DNA of 63,622 nt, the filler included, from Sanchytrium tribonematis (taxonomy: Eukaryota), in assembly GCA_018985235.1 (NCBI GenBank). It is 7 parts of 7 records of this genome, joined end to end, with 100 filler letters (N's around TTAATTAATTAA, not from the genome) between each part and the next. Parts side by side here need not be neighbours in the genome. Positions count along the whole stretch, not along the records: positions 40,612 to 46,307 come from JADGIG010000582.1; positions 46,408 to 52,090 come from JADGIG010000583.1; 5 more parts are not named here. One strand, 5' to 3'. Shown here one piece after another: positions 40,721 to 51,100 of this stretch (positions are counted from its first letter, which is position 1; each line of letters begins with the position of its first letter). A program made the translations under genes and the position numbers. The notes under the pieces are model-generated. The model was given only the letters and a program-made list of their open reading frames with translations, ran no database searches and was not told the origin of the DNA.

Positions 40721-43700
40721 ATGAATTCTGTAAGCTATGTATATTGTGATGGTACCAAATATCTTCTGCAGGGGAAATATTCAACATATTTCTTAAAAAG
40801 AAGTATTTATTGGAAATATCTAGAGCTTGAGAGATTGTGCTCATTAGATTTGTGGTTTTATCATCCACCCTACGATGATATAACCACATTTACAACATTT
40901 GAGTTACTCATGTTTGTGCAATGCTTTTTGTGGATGTCAAATTACCTACTTGTCGTACCTTTTAAACCGGTTTCTAGCACCATAACGTACTTTGTTAAGC
41001 ACCCTCACTGTAAAACAATAGTGAAAACTACATCAGTCGACACCTGGTTCTCTATCGTGAAAAAGGATCTAAATTTGTCCCAATCACAGGATTTAAAATG
41101 GAAATACTTTAGAAATGGGATTTTGCAAATTCGAGACTTTGTTTTGTGTCACAATGACACGATTACTGTTCAATTGATGTCACTTGGTGGCTCTCCTAAT
41201 GTGAATCAATTTGAGATTCTAAATAGTGAAACATCAGATGTGAGCATCTCTGCTAGTCATGGTTATAATTTGCGAGATAGATCGACAACAAATAGACAAA
41301 AAATATTAGAAATTAACTTGCAACCACCCAAAATGAACGTACAAGCACCTCCAATCCAATCAGGAATGAAGAGAATTTCATTTAATAATATTGATGGACT
41401 ACAGAAGAAGGCATCTGCAATTTTGCCAATTATGGAATCAAACTCAATAGACATCTTGATTCTAGCTGAAACCAAGTGTGCGGCACACAAATCACTACCG
41501 CAGCCAATAATTGATCATTCAGATACTGTGGGATCAAATTTTGGTATGGCATGCGCTATTCATCCAAAATACACAGCTAGAGCACTGAATATCCACTCTA
41601 GCCCTTACCATATCAATATTATTTTCCCTACATACAACATTCTGGGAGTTTATGTGCCAGAAGGAGAGAAGCACAAAACAGCATTTTTTATTGAGCACTT
41701 TGACCAGATGATAGATAAGAATACGTATCTCATTGGCGACGTAAATCAGCGTCTGGATAATCCTACCACATCTGAATCAATTGGATTGATGGATTATCTG
41801 TTTAGAAAGGGCTTGCTCTATCATTATTTAGAGAATACTACATTCTCATTCTATAGAGAACCACTTGGACTGCCTGCCCAATTTGGATTTCCAGACCATC
41901 TTTGTGCACCCATTGAATCAACACAGCGAATTGATAAAAGTGGCACTATATTCTATAAAATGACTGCTCATGCTGTTCTATGGTTTGATATTACTTGTGA
42001 TTCACTGCCATTATTACCCAAAAATGAGAAATGTCGATCTTACAAACTGTCCGAGGATCAACAAGAATATGAATTCCATCATCATTGCAAATTGAGAATG
42101 TCTAACATCATTTCAGATTTCAATTACATCATAAACACGACACCTAATCAATTATCTAGCATGTCTGATGATAGTAAAGAAGATCTGGTGACAAAAGCAT
42201 ATGGAATGTTTCAGGAAATTGTTGTTGATTCTGCAAAAGACGCTGTTGGGATGACCAGAGCCATACCAGCTGAAGTATCTACTGCATCTGTTGAACTTGG
42301 TGAAGAGATATTGCGTGAATATTCAAGTAAAACAAAGAAAAAGATCCAAAAGCACAAATCGCAATTCTTTAGTCAATTGAAATCTGACACAAATAAGACA
42401 TGTAATAAGCAGTTTATTAAAAAACTGAAGTGGAAAAGACGCAGAAAGTTTAGCAAGCGAACAATGATTGATTATAATAAGCTGGATGATATTATTGAGT
42501 CGATCCGTTATAAATGGAATGTAGACCAATTTATAGATTTGACTGGTGATTACCAAGGCACAAGAGATCCATTTAGATTTTCCATGGTTGATTTGGATGC
42601 TGCTATAAAGGATATGGCAAATGGGCGCACTCCAGGTGAGGACTTGATTGACCGGGAAATGCTTCACCATTTACCCCCAGAAATGAAAGAGATGATGTTG
42701 GACTTGATGAACTTCATTCTCATGGTTGGTAAACTGCCAATGCTGCTTAAGAGTTCGGATTTGATTCCACTAGTGAAACGAGGAGATGGGCAGAATATTC
42801 ACACAGATCTGCGCTATATCGCATTATCCAGTCACTTTAGAAAATGTTGTGAGAAGATGATACTTATTCACACCCAGCAGATATTTCATACCAGCCACAG
42901 ACAATACGGTTACAAGCGAAACACTTCTGTGAGTGATTGTGTTTATGATGTTGGAAATTTACTAGCAAATTTAAAGGCAAAAGGAATCAAATATAGAGTG
43001 CATAAGCTGGATTCTAAAGCAGCTTTTGACACATTGAGTAGAGAAGCCGTCAAATCATTCATTGATAAAGCAGAATGCAATCCCAACTTGAAACACTCTT
43101 ATGGGAATTGAACAAATATCAACGATTGCGACTTCGCCTCGGTCAATTTACCTCTCACTACATTGAAACTAATAGAGGGGTGATTCAAGGCGGGTGTGTG
43201 TCCCCTCTGGTATTTGCCAAATTAATTGAGGAGGTATTTTCAGACTGGCAAGATTCAAATGGATACATCTTCTTGTTCAGTGATGATTTACTTGGAATAG
43301 AGTTATTAAACGACTCTGCATTTGATTTTATCGGTGATGTACAGCGCAGATTAGCCACAATTGGCCTAGAATTGAATATGGAGAAATGCGAAATTGTCAC
43401 ATCAAATTACTGCAAATATCTAGGATATATGATAAACGACTCCGGATACAACATTCATCAACAGGTAAATAAGAATCTGGGAGCTGCACGTGTTAAAATT
43501 GGTGAACTAGTGAAAATGGGCATCTTCAAAAACAGTCTTCATGTTGACAAATTGCTCCGCTGTTTCGGCATCCATGTGATGCCAATCATCGAGTTTGGTT
43601 TGAGTATCTGGTCACCCACTACGGCCATAAGTGATAAAATAGACTCATTCATAAAGACTCAAATCAGGAATTTAACTGGGATTGCAAAAATGACCCCATT

Positions 43701-44743
43701 AGATCAATTATTTGAGATTTATGAATTTTCTGATTTCAACAGCAGATGGTCAGCCAGACATCTAGCTTGGCATAATCATAGATGCTACTTTGAGAATAAT
43801 GGCACTCCATTCTACTTTGAAGACGTGAAAATGAGCTTTAAATTGAATCAAAATGTCAAAGATATCCAACATGAATATCCGGGTATTTCACGATTATTAT
43901 CCAGAAATATACCATTTATAAGTATTGATGAGTGTAATATCTGTCTAGGGACCCACAAAGTTCCAAATGGGCAAGTCAAATGCCTCCACAACCATTTAAA
44001 ATCCATCATCAAATTAGATCCACCAGATCCAATTAAAACATTAACTCAACTAGATATAGATTTATACTTATTACAACATAAAAATGACCTTATTAAGGGT
44101 TTAGATCCAGATGAATATCAAGTATTCACAGATGGATCATTCACAAAGGAGAAATCCAAAATTGGATATGTGATTATAAATAATGGTCAAATCCACATGA
44201 GATCGTATGATATCACACATTTGAACATCCACTCAAGTACTAGATCAGAAATAATTGGCATCATCATGGCAAGTCATGATAATTTGATTAATTTCAACAA
44301 ATCTGTCCATTTTTATTGCGATTCAAAAGCAGCAATTTCCACCGTAACAAATTACAAATCAGGTAAATCATTTAGAGGAATGCATTCTGTAGATTTATTA
44401 GTGCAGAGTGATTTATTACACAAGCCATTTTTACTCAAGTGGGTGAAAGGCCATGCAAAATCTCATGGAAATAATTTGAGTGATTTATTGACTAGAATTG
44501 AGTCTAATAGCGATAATTGGCCTATTAGCTTAGTATATCATTGTCATAATTTGAGTAGAGCCACATTTAAGGCCAAAGAGAAAGAGAATGACAGATTGAT
44601 TGCACTTTTGCATCGATCATTGAAACTGCCAGATTTGCAGAGAGAAAAAATTGAAGGGCTAGTCAAAGTCATTTTAAATAATTACTTTAATAAATAGATG
44701 AGATGATGCTGCCATGCAGCACATCGAATTCGGTAAAAAAAAA
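40721..44743 (+). mobile_element. Non-LTR retrotransposon (LINE): Ubl-like leader, APE endonuclease, RT, Cys/His motif, RNase H; one frameshift near 43091; 3' hairpin and A9 tail
   Basis: APE: FNNIDGL, LAETK, GVYVP, IGDVN, PDHL. RT: TPGED, LRYIAL, QYGYK, LDSKAAFD, GVIQGGCVSP, FSDD. RNase H: FTDGS, RSEI, YCDS, WVKGHAKSHGN..D. Confidence 0.93.
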
Positions 44744-44779
44744 TGGCACTCAAGCAGCTCCCGCTTACAAATTGGCTCA

Positions 44780-45139
44780 CTAACGCAGTTTCCCGCGGAC
44801 CCGATTTCCGAAATAGTAGGTGATAACATTGAAATCACAGATATTTATTAAAAACGCTATCCGCCTGCTCCTCCTTTGATTGGTACCATCTAATTTTGCA
44901 ATACCAATGACCCTATTCTCTAATCTTAGTGCCAACGTGGGATCATTCTGCCCATTATTCTCTTTGTTATAATCCCCTATTTGAGAGGGTCTAAACAGAG
45001 ACTCAAAATTGTGGTATTTAACGGAAATAAAATATTCCATTAATTTTCTTGAAATGACCAACATGGTTATGGGACGGTAATTGGCCTTGTCAAGTGGATT
45101 GTTCTTCTTGTAACCAAGATTGTCTCGCTTTTTTTCCAA
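44780..45139 (-). pseudogene. Fragment of a second non-LTR reverse transcriptase
   Basis: YKKNNPLDKANYRPITMLVISRKLME (conserved RT YRPI motif) with the rest decayed. Confidence 0.75.
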
Positions 45140-45324
45140 ATTCTTGGGACAAAGCAGCCTCGAATGATCTTTTTAAACAATAAATTAATAATATCAAAAT
45201 GATTTGGAGTTGTTTATTTGCGTGGTTTAAACGACTCTGCAAGAAAGTTTATTGAAGTAGCATGTGCATTTGACACAAGATCCGTCTTTCATAACGATGC
45301 TCTAAATGATGGTGATGTTATTTT

Positions 45325-45475
45325 CTACATTCGATCATCTCCAATAGGTAAAATCTATTTATTCAGGAAATACCAAATTTAAATCAGTAGAAAATAGATC
45401 TACATTCGATCATCTCCAATAGGTAAAATCTATTTATTCAGAAAATATCAAATTTAAATCAGTAGAAAATAGATC
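45325..45475 (+). repeat. Tandem duplication, 2 x 75 bp
   Basis: CTACATTCGATCATCTCCAATAGG...GAAAATAGAT repeated with 2 mismatches. Confidence 0.9.
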
Positions 45476-45819
45476 GCCGCCCACATCTACATATGATAAT
45501 ACATTTTTACTTGGTTCAGATCTTCCTGATATGGCTGGATCTGCACCAACGATGCAGTTAGAAAATGCAGAAGATGGAAATATTGATGTTATTGAATATT
45601 TGAAACCATTAAACGCTGCAAATTTAGATGACTCGGCAGAAGTGACATTAAATTGACTAAATGCCAAACCTAGCAGTTATTTTGAAGTCGTACCTACAGT
45701 GTGTGCAACAGACAGATCCTTCAAAGATTTGAAGTATCAAGATTCACACCCATATATGAATACAGACGTTGAAAATATTCAGAATTCAAGTTACAGTCGG
45801 GACCGTTAATTGCAGCACA

Positions 45820-46307
45820 AAGAGTTAACAATGGCGAAGAAGCAATAAAAATAGGTAAGATCCATTTGATTAAGTTATTCGGCTTCTACAACTTCGGGAT
45901 CCAACTAAAGAATCTGTGTATAGTCATGGTTTTTCAATGTTAAGTTGGAATATAATGGCCCGAGCCGGAAATATAGTTTCTGTTTGTTTGGGGCATATGG
46001 CATGGCAAAATGATGCTTTATGTATTTATTTTGCCCATATGAAAAATGATCAGACGGCAAATCGATCACGGGACCCCCATCACATTTACGCAAACAGTAT
46101 TAAACCTGAAATTTGTCCCATTCTAGAACTTGCTATTTATCTAATTGTTTACCACTTTCGTCTACTCAAATTACACTGTTTCATGGAAATGGTCAGTAAG
46201 ACAGATTATGACACAAGGAGAATCCAACTGCAATACAGCAGGAAAGAAATCTTCAATTTCACCTGAACAAAGACAAAAACAACTAGAAATGAAACTAAAC
46301 AACATTG
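45820..46307 (+). mobile_element. Degenerate Crypton-like tyrosine-recombinase transposon fragment
   Basis: LSWNIMARAGN..WQNDAL..FAHMKNDQ..RDPHHIYANSIKPEICPILELAIY; frameshifts; cut by the contig end. Confidence 0.7.
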
Positions 46308-46407
46308 NNNNNNNNNNNNNNNNNNNNNNNNNNNNNNNNNNNNNNNNNNNNTTAATTAATTAANNNNNNNNNNNNNNNNNNNNNNNNNNNNNNNNNNNNN
46401 NNNNNNN
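46308..46407. other. Artificial contig linker
   Basis: N44-TTAATTAATTAA-N44. Confidence 0.98.
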
Positions 46408-46642
46408 CACCATATGCTATATAAATGATAAAATCGTGATAGATCCACTAAAAGAAGAAGAATTACTAGCAGATGGCATTTATTCCATTATTGTCAATGA
46501 GCACGATGAAATATGCTCATTTGTGCCATTAAAAATGATGAAAATGGATCCAGAACAAGTTGAAATGATGATGCGATTGGCAGTTGAGAAATCCAAAGAT
46601 TTGCGCAAATTTGTGCGATTTCACGTCAGAAAAAATAAATAA
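46408..46642 (+). CDS. 3' part of a second RRP45-like copy (inverted repeat of 49633-49869)
   Basis: Protein identical to the C-terminus of 49635-50375; four synonymous nucleotide differences. Confidence 0.85.
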
Positions 46643-46658
46643 TTCATTTACAATTTAT

Positions 46659-47987
46659 TCATCCAAATCTCGAAATTCTGTGCATTTTACTACCTCGTTT
46701 AAATTTCATTCCCAAAATACTCGATTTTCTATTTTTCCCATATTCTTTGTTATAATCTCGTCTCATATCCACCAAAGGATCTTCCATCTCCTCCAAAATC
46801 ACTTGCAAATCATGAATAGTCCCATGTTGTCCAAGAAATCGATGCGTCAACATTCTTTTCGCAGTTGCTCTCCGCGTCTCATCGACCACCAAACATCTTT
46901 TTCTAAAATCTCTGCACAAACTCGTCGTCAGTGGTTTGTATTCCAATGGCAATGGTGGTGAACTATCCAATGATTTCAATGCATCAATCACATCTTTTGG
47001 TGATTCATTATGAAATAATGGTTTCCCAGTGATGCATTCATGAATTAATACCCCAAATGACCACATATCGACACTAAATTGATATGGGATGCCTTTAATA
47101 ATCTCTGGAGACATGTAAAATACCAATCCAATCATCGAATGTCTCTTTTTTAATGATCCTAAGCAATTTGAATAATTCTTAGAAATGGGACTCGTTGGAC
47201 TAGTCGTAGTTGCAGTAGATGACATGCTCGTCGCACTCATAATCTCACTTAATTCATTTACAGGACTAGAGGCATCTGTAGACTCCAATTGCACAGATTC
47301 ACAAAATTCACCAATTTTAATAATTCCATTATACGAAATAAAGATATTCTCTGGTCGAATATCCCGATGCACAATCAATAAATTATGCAAATAGTCAATG
47401 CCTTTGAGTACTTGAATGGCCACCAATGCCAATATATCCTGTGGAAATCCATTTCTATGATTTGAATGGACATGCGCAATTAATTGTGATAAATCAAATG
47501 GACAAAATGGTGTAATATACCATATTTCTTTGTTGAAATACTTCCATTCTTCATCAATTGGGATATTATTGGGGATATCTTTAATAAAATCCCCTTTTTT
47601 ATCAATTCTCAAAGAAGGATCCAATGAATCACAGTCAATAATTCCCAATTCAGTCAATTTGAGAATATTAATGCTATTTCTAGATTTAGATTGACTAATC
47701 ATTTGATATAAATTCATTTCTTTCATTAAATTGGAAATACGGGCATGTGCATTTGGATTATTGGTTAATATTCTTTTAACGAGGACAGTCTCATTAAAAT
47801 GGTTGTGTTGTGGATGTAATAACATGTATTGATCACCGACTTCACCCTCTGCATATGGCAATAATTTATATGCCAATTTAGATTGATTTAAAGAGGGGAG
47901 ATTTAATAAATAATGTGTGGTTGTTTGTTGGATATATTGTTGAAATAGTGGATGGATGCCATTTGTATTTAATGGAGAATTGGTCAT
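46659..47987 (-). CDS. STE20/PAK-like kinase with atypical catalytic motifs (possible pseudokinase)
   Basis: HRDIRPEN, KIGEF in place of DFG, KRHSMIG..YMSPE, DMWSFG. Confidence 0.8.
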   Translation of the reverse strand: MTNSPLNTNGIHPLFQQYIQQTTTHYLLNLPSLNQSKLAYKLLPYAEGEVGDQYMLLHPQHNHFNETVLVKRILTNNPNAHARISNLMKEMNLYQMISQSKSRNSINILKLTELGIIDCDSLDPSLRIDKKGDFIKDIPNNIPIDEEWKYFNKEIWYITPFCPFDLSQLIAHVHSNHRNGFPQDILALVAIQVLKGIDYLHNLLIVHRDIRPENIFISYNGIIKIGEFCESVQLESTDASSPVNELSEIMSATSMSSTATTTSPTSPISKNYSNCLGSLKKRHSMIGLVFYMSPEIIKGIPYQFSVDMWSFGVLIHECITGKPLFHNESPKDVIDALKSLDSSPPLPLEYKPLTTSLCRDFRKRCLVVDETRRATAKRMLTHRFLGQHGTIHDLQVILEEMEDPLVDMRRDYNKEYGKNRKSSILGMKFKRGSKMHRISRFG

Positions 47988-48251
47988 TTTCAATACAGTG
48001 ATGAATTGGGAGGGGTCGATTGATATGGCAAGTTAAAATGAATTCTGACCAATCACATGTGATTGAAAATTGGCTTGTTGAATAAAAAGAACTATGAATT
48101 CGATTGATATGGAAGTTCATCAGTTGATCGTATTAAAAATACACGTGTTTTAAACCAATGAGATGTTTCGCTAAAATGATTCCATTTTAAACTACTTGTT
48201 GGAGGAATTTGTGATGATAATGTAACGAGAAATCTATTACAATTTATTCAG

Positions 48252-48665
48252 TTACCATCTATTATTGACTTGCCCCAAATATTCTTTATCGGTATCATTT
48301 GCTTTCTTTGTTAATGCCTCAAATATTTCATGTTTCAACTGCATTGCCAATTTGCTATCTGCCAACTTCCTATTTGGTGTAGTCATTAAATACCCATCTA
48401 TACCCCCGCAATTATCAATATCTCTTAATGTGGCACAACTCACCTTGATTAATGGCACATCTCTCACATCTTCTAGCACATATCTGCCTAAAACATGGCT
48501 ATAAAATTGCTTCTTTTGTACATTCGGATCCCATTGTCTTTTGAACGTATTTCCCATTTTCGTCTTAAATGCTCCGAATCTCTTATTTTTGAATATGAGT
48601 GAATGAACTGTTTTGTTCCACATGTCACGAGGAGATATCATGGAGAAAAGTCCGACAGATGGCAT
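48252..48665 (-). CDS. Mitochondrial ribosomal protein bL28m (Mrpl24-like)
   Basis: KRQWDPNVQKKQFYSHVL..IKVSCATLRDIDNCGGIDGYLM. Confidence 0.85.
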   Translation of the reverse strand: MPSVGLFSMISPRDMWNKTVHSLIFKNKRFGAFKTKMGNTFKRQWDPNVQKKQFYSHVLGRYVLEDVRDVPLIKVSCATLRDIDNCGGIDGYLMTTPNRKLADSKLAMQLKHEIFEALTKKANDTDKEYLGQVNNRW

Positions 48666-49629
48666 CGACTCTCTCGAATTGATTCGTAATTATTTAAAGC
48701 GTACGACATGGTATGACTGCATGTCAGATTCTACTATTCAAGTCACTTTAGATGCCAATTTATTATTGGTAAAAGGCGCTGAAGCACTCTTAAAATATCA
48801 ATCATTGGGAATTCCAGTGGTCTATAATGGCTATTTTAAAGCTATGTTGGGTACCAATGATATTCTACTGTTAATGCACTATTTATATCACCATACCACC
48901 AATTTACAATCATCTCAAATATTATCACATTTAACCATCAATTCAGTGTTTGAATTGCCTAGGCCTTCCGGATTACAATATTTAAAGATGTCTTTACATC
49001 CAGATATCTCATTATTCAATGCAGCATCCATGATGTTGAAGCACAATCAATTTAGAGCCTGTATTTTAGAGATTGAACCAGCTGCAAATGCACCTGATAT
49101 CCTTCATTATCTGCCTGATTTAACAATGAGTCAGAATGGTCATCATTCTATATTGAGCGTGATTACGAATTACAGAATATTGAAGAATATCTCAAAAAAT
49201 TGCCAACTAGGGAATTTAAACATCCCTGCTAAGCAATTAATGAGTATTCCGCAATACACAGCAACCATGCAGACTACATTGATTCAAATTATTGAGATGC
49301 TGATTAGTTCTGGCGTCAATGCGATTCCAATTTTGGATGAAAATGACCATGTGATTAATGTGTATGGATCTCCAGATATTTTACAGTTCGTGGCAGATCA
49401 TACTGAATTTGACTTGAATATACCTATTGAGCATGTATTACAGAAGAGAGCACGGGATTTTGAGGGTGTGCATCTTTGTAGTGAAATTGACCCATTGGGA
49501 CATTTGATACAAGGATTTCAATATCAGAGCATTCATCGCATTCTAGTGACAGATGAGAATAAGAAATTACTCGGAATAGTGAGATTAGTGGATATTATTC
49601 GATTTTTAGTGCTTTATCAAGTGGAATAA
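48640..49629 (+). CDS. AMPK/SNF1 gamma subunit (Snf4-like CBS-domain protein)
   Basis: IRNYLKRTTWYD..LDANLLL; CBS repeats (AIPILDEND.VINVY, IHRILVTDE..LLGIV.L.DI). Confidence 0.85.
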   Translation: MEKSPTDGIDSLELIRNYLKRTTWYDCMSDSTIQVTLDANLLLVKGAEALLKYQSLGIPVVYNGYFKAMLGTNDILLLMHYLYHHTTNLQSSQILSHLTINSVFELPRPSGLQYLKMSLHPDISLFNAASMMLKHNQFRACILEIEPAANAPDILHYLPDLTMSQNGHHSILSVITNYRILKNISKNCQLGNLNIPAKQLMSIPQYTATMQTTLIQIIEMLISSGVNAIPILDENDHVINVYGSPDILQFVADHTEFDLNIPIEHVLQKRARDFEGVHLCSEIDPLGHLIQGFQYQSIHRILVTDENKKLLGIVRLVDIIRFLVLYQVE

Positions 49630-49634
49630 ACAAA

Positions 49635-50375
49635 TTATTTATTTTTTCTGACGTGAAATCGCACAAATTTGCGCAAATCTTTGGATTTCTCAACTGCCAA
49701 TCGCATCATCATTTCAACTTGTTCTGGATCCATTTTCATCATTTTTAATGGCACAAATGAGCATATTTCATCATGTTCATTGACAATAATGGAATAAATG
49801 CCATCTGCTAGTAATTCTTCTTCTTTAAGTGGATCTATCACAATTTTATCATTTATATAGCATATGGTGATGGAGATGGGATCAAATAAGAGCTGTAAAA
49901 GGGTGGGATTGCGGATATTAGCAGGAATTAATTTGTGATTTTCATCGACGTGCTGTTTCTTAATTTGCAATAACTGTGCCAAAATGCCAATAATATACGC
50001 ATCTAATTCATTTCCATCATTCTGTAGTGGGATTAATTGTAAATTCAACTCAAATCCAATGCTTCTTGTGACCATTAATGATTCTAAATCAACGCATTTC
50101 TCAATCACATTTGTAATCCATCTCTCTTTAAGGGGACATTGTAAATTGATTCTTTGTCGTTCGATTCGTGTGTAAATCAGTTCACTAGAACAGTAAATCA
50201 TTGTATTTCCCAATTTGACCAATGTGCCATTTGCATCTTGCTGGATTTGGATGTTTCTATAGCTAGATAAAGATCTGCCGTCTAATCTGACATTATTAGA
50301 AAGCGCAGAGGCAATAGTTTGTTGATTGATGCGTATCATCCGTTTAAAGAGGGGCATTTTTTGCAAATAATGCAT
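49635..50375 (-). CDS. RRP45: Exosome complex subunit Rrp45 (RNase PH family)
   Basis: ALSNNVRLDGRSL..YR, VKLGNT, VDLESL, NDGNELDA, IDPLKEEE. Confidence 0.8.
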   Translation of the reverse strand: MHYLQKMPLFKRMIRINQQTIASALSNNVRLDGRSLSSYRNIQIQQDANGTLVKLGNTMIYCSSELIYTRIERQRINLQCPLKERWITNVIEKCVDLESLMVTRSIGFELNLQLIPLQNDGNELDAYIIGILAQLLQIKKQHVDENHKLIPANIRNPTLLQLLFDPISITICYINDKIVIDPLKEEELLADGIYSIIVNEHDEICSFVPLKMMKMDPEQVEMMMRLAVEKSKDLRKFVRFHVRKNK

Positions 50376-50399
50376 TTGTCAAATACAATCAACATAAAT

Positions 50400-50840
50400 T
50401 TACTGAAATACAGGCGCATTACAAAATGCATCGCATAGCAATCTTGTTTCTGGTGTTTGTTTGGCTGGAGGTGCCACATCTACAGAATCTGAATCTGCTG
50501 CAGATTTTGGTGGAATTTGAGTTGGAATCACAACTGGAGGACCCTGAAAAGTCGTTGATGTCACTAAATGATCAATGTTGACATCCGGAAACGCCTTTCG
50601 CACAGCATTTCTCGCTTTCACAAACTTGTCATAATTTTGATTCAATTCTTCATTCGTTGCCGCAATGAAGCACTGCTGTTGTAATTCCAATTCATACCCT
50701 GTTGCATTAGATGCAGGTGTCTGATCTAAAGCATGAAAGCAATTCTGTTCTGCGACATGGTTTGGATCCGACAATGCAGATTTTGGTAATAAAAAGAATA
50801 CTTCCAAAACAGCTGATAAAATCAGATTTGTGAGAATCAT
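50400..50840 (-). CDS. Putative secreted protein; C-terminus shared with the gene at 51101
   Basis: Signal-like start; ends PETRLLCDAFCNAPVFQ. Confidence 0.6.
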   Translation of the reverse strand: MILTNLILSAVLEVFFLLPKSALSDPNHVAEQNCFHALDQTPASNATGYELELQQQCFIAATNEELNQNYDKFVKARNAVRKAFPDVNIDHLVTSTTFQGPPVVIPTQIPPKSAADSDSVDVAPPAKQTPETRLLCDAFCNAPVFQ

Positions 50841-51100
50841 ATGTCGAATTACTCTACCCGCTTATAAAGCGTAGAATTATCACACCATTTTACGCCATTG
50901 ATTAGGCGGCAAATTCATGATTTGCAAGATTATCCATGATTGGTACGAAAAATAATTGACACCAACACGTTCAAATGTCCAAAAATCAACTTGATCAATC
51001 AGCGTGATGGTAAACTTGACTAGAAATGTAACTAGAATCATAAATATTCAGATACAATTTAGAATCATTGTCATGTCCTCTAAAAAAAACCCGTAAGTGT

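Noticed and set aside
45325..45475. CRISPR-like or functional repeat
   Set aside because: Only two abutting copies with no spacer, in decayed eukaryotic TE-rich DNA.
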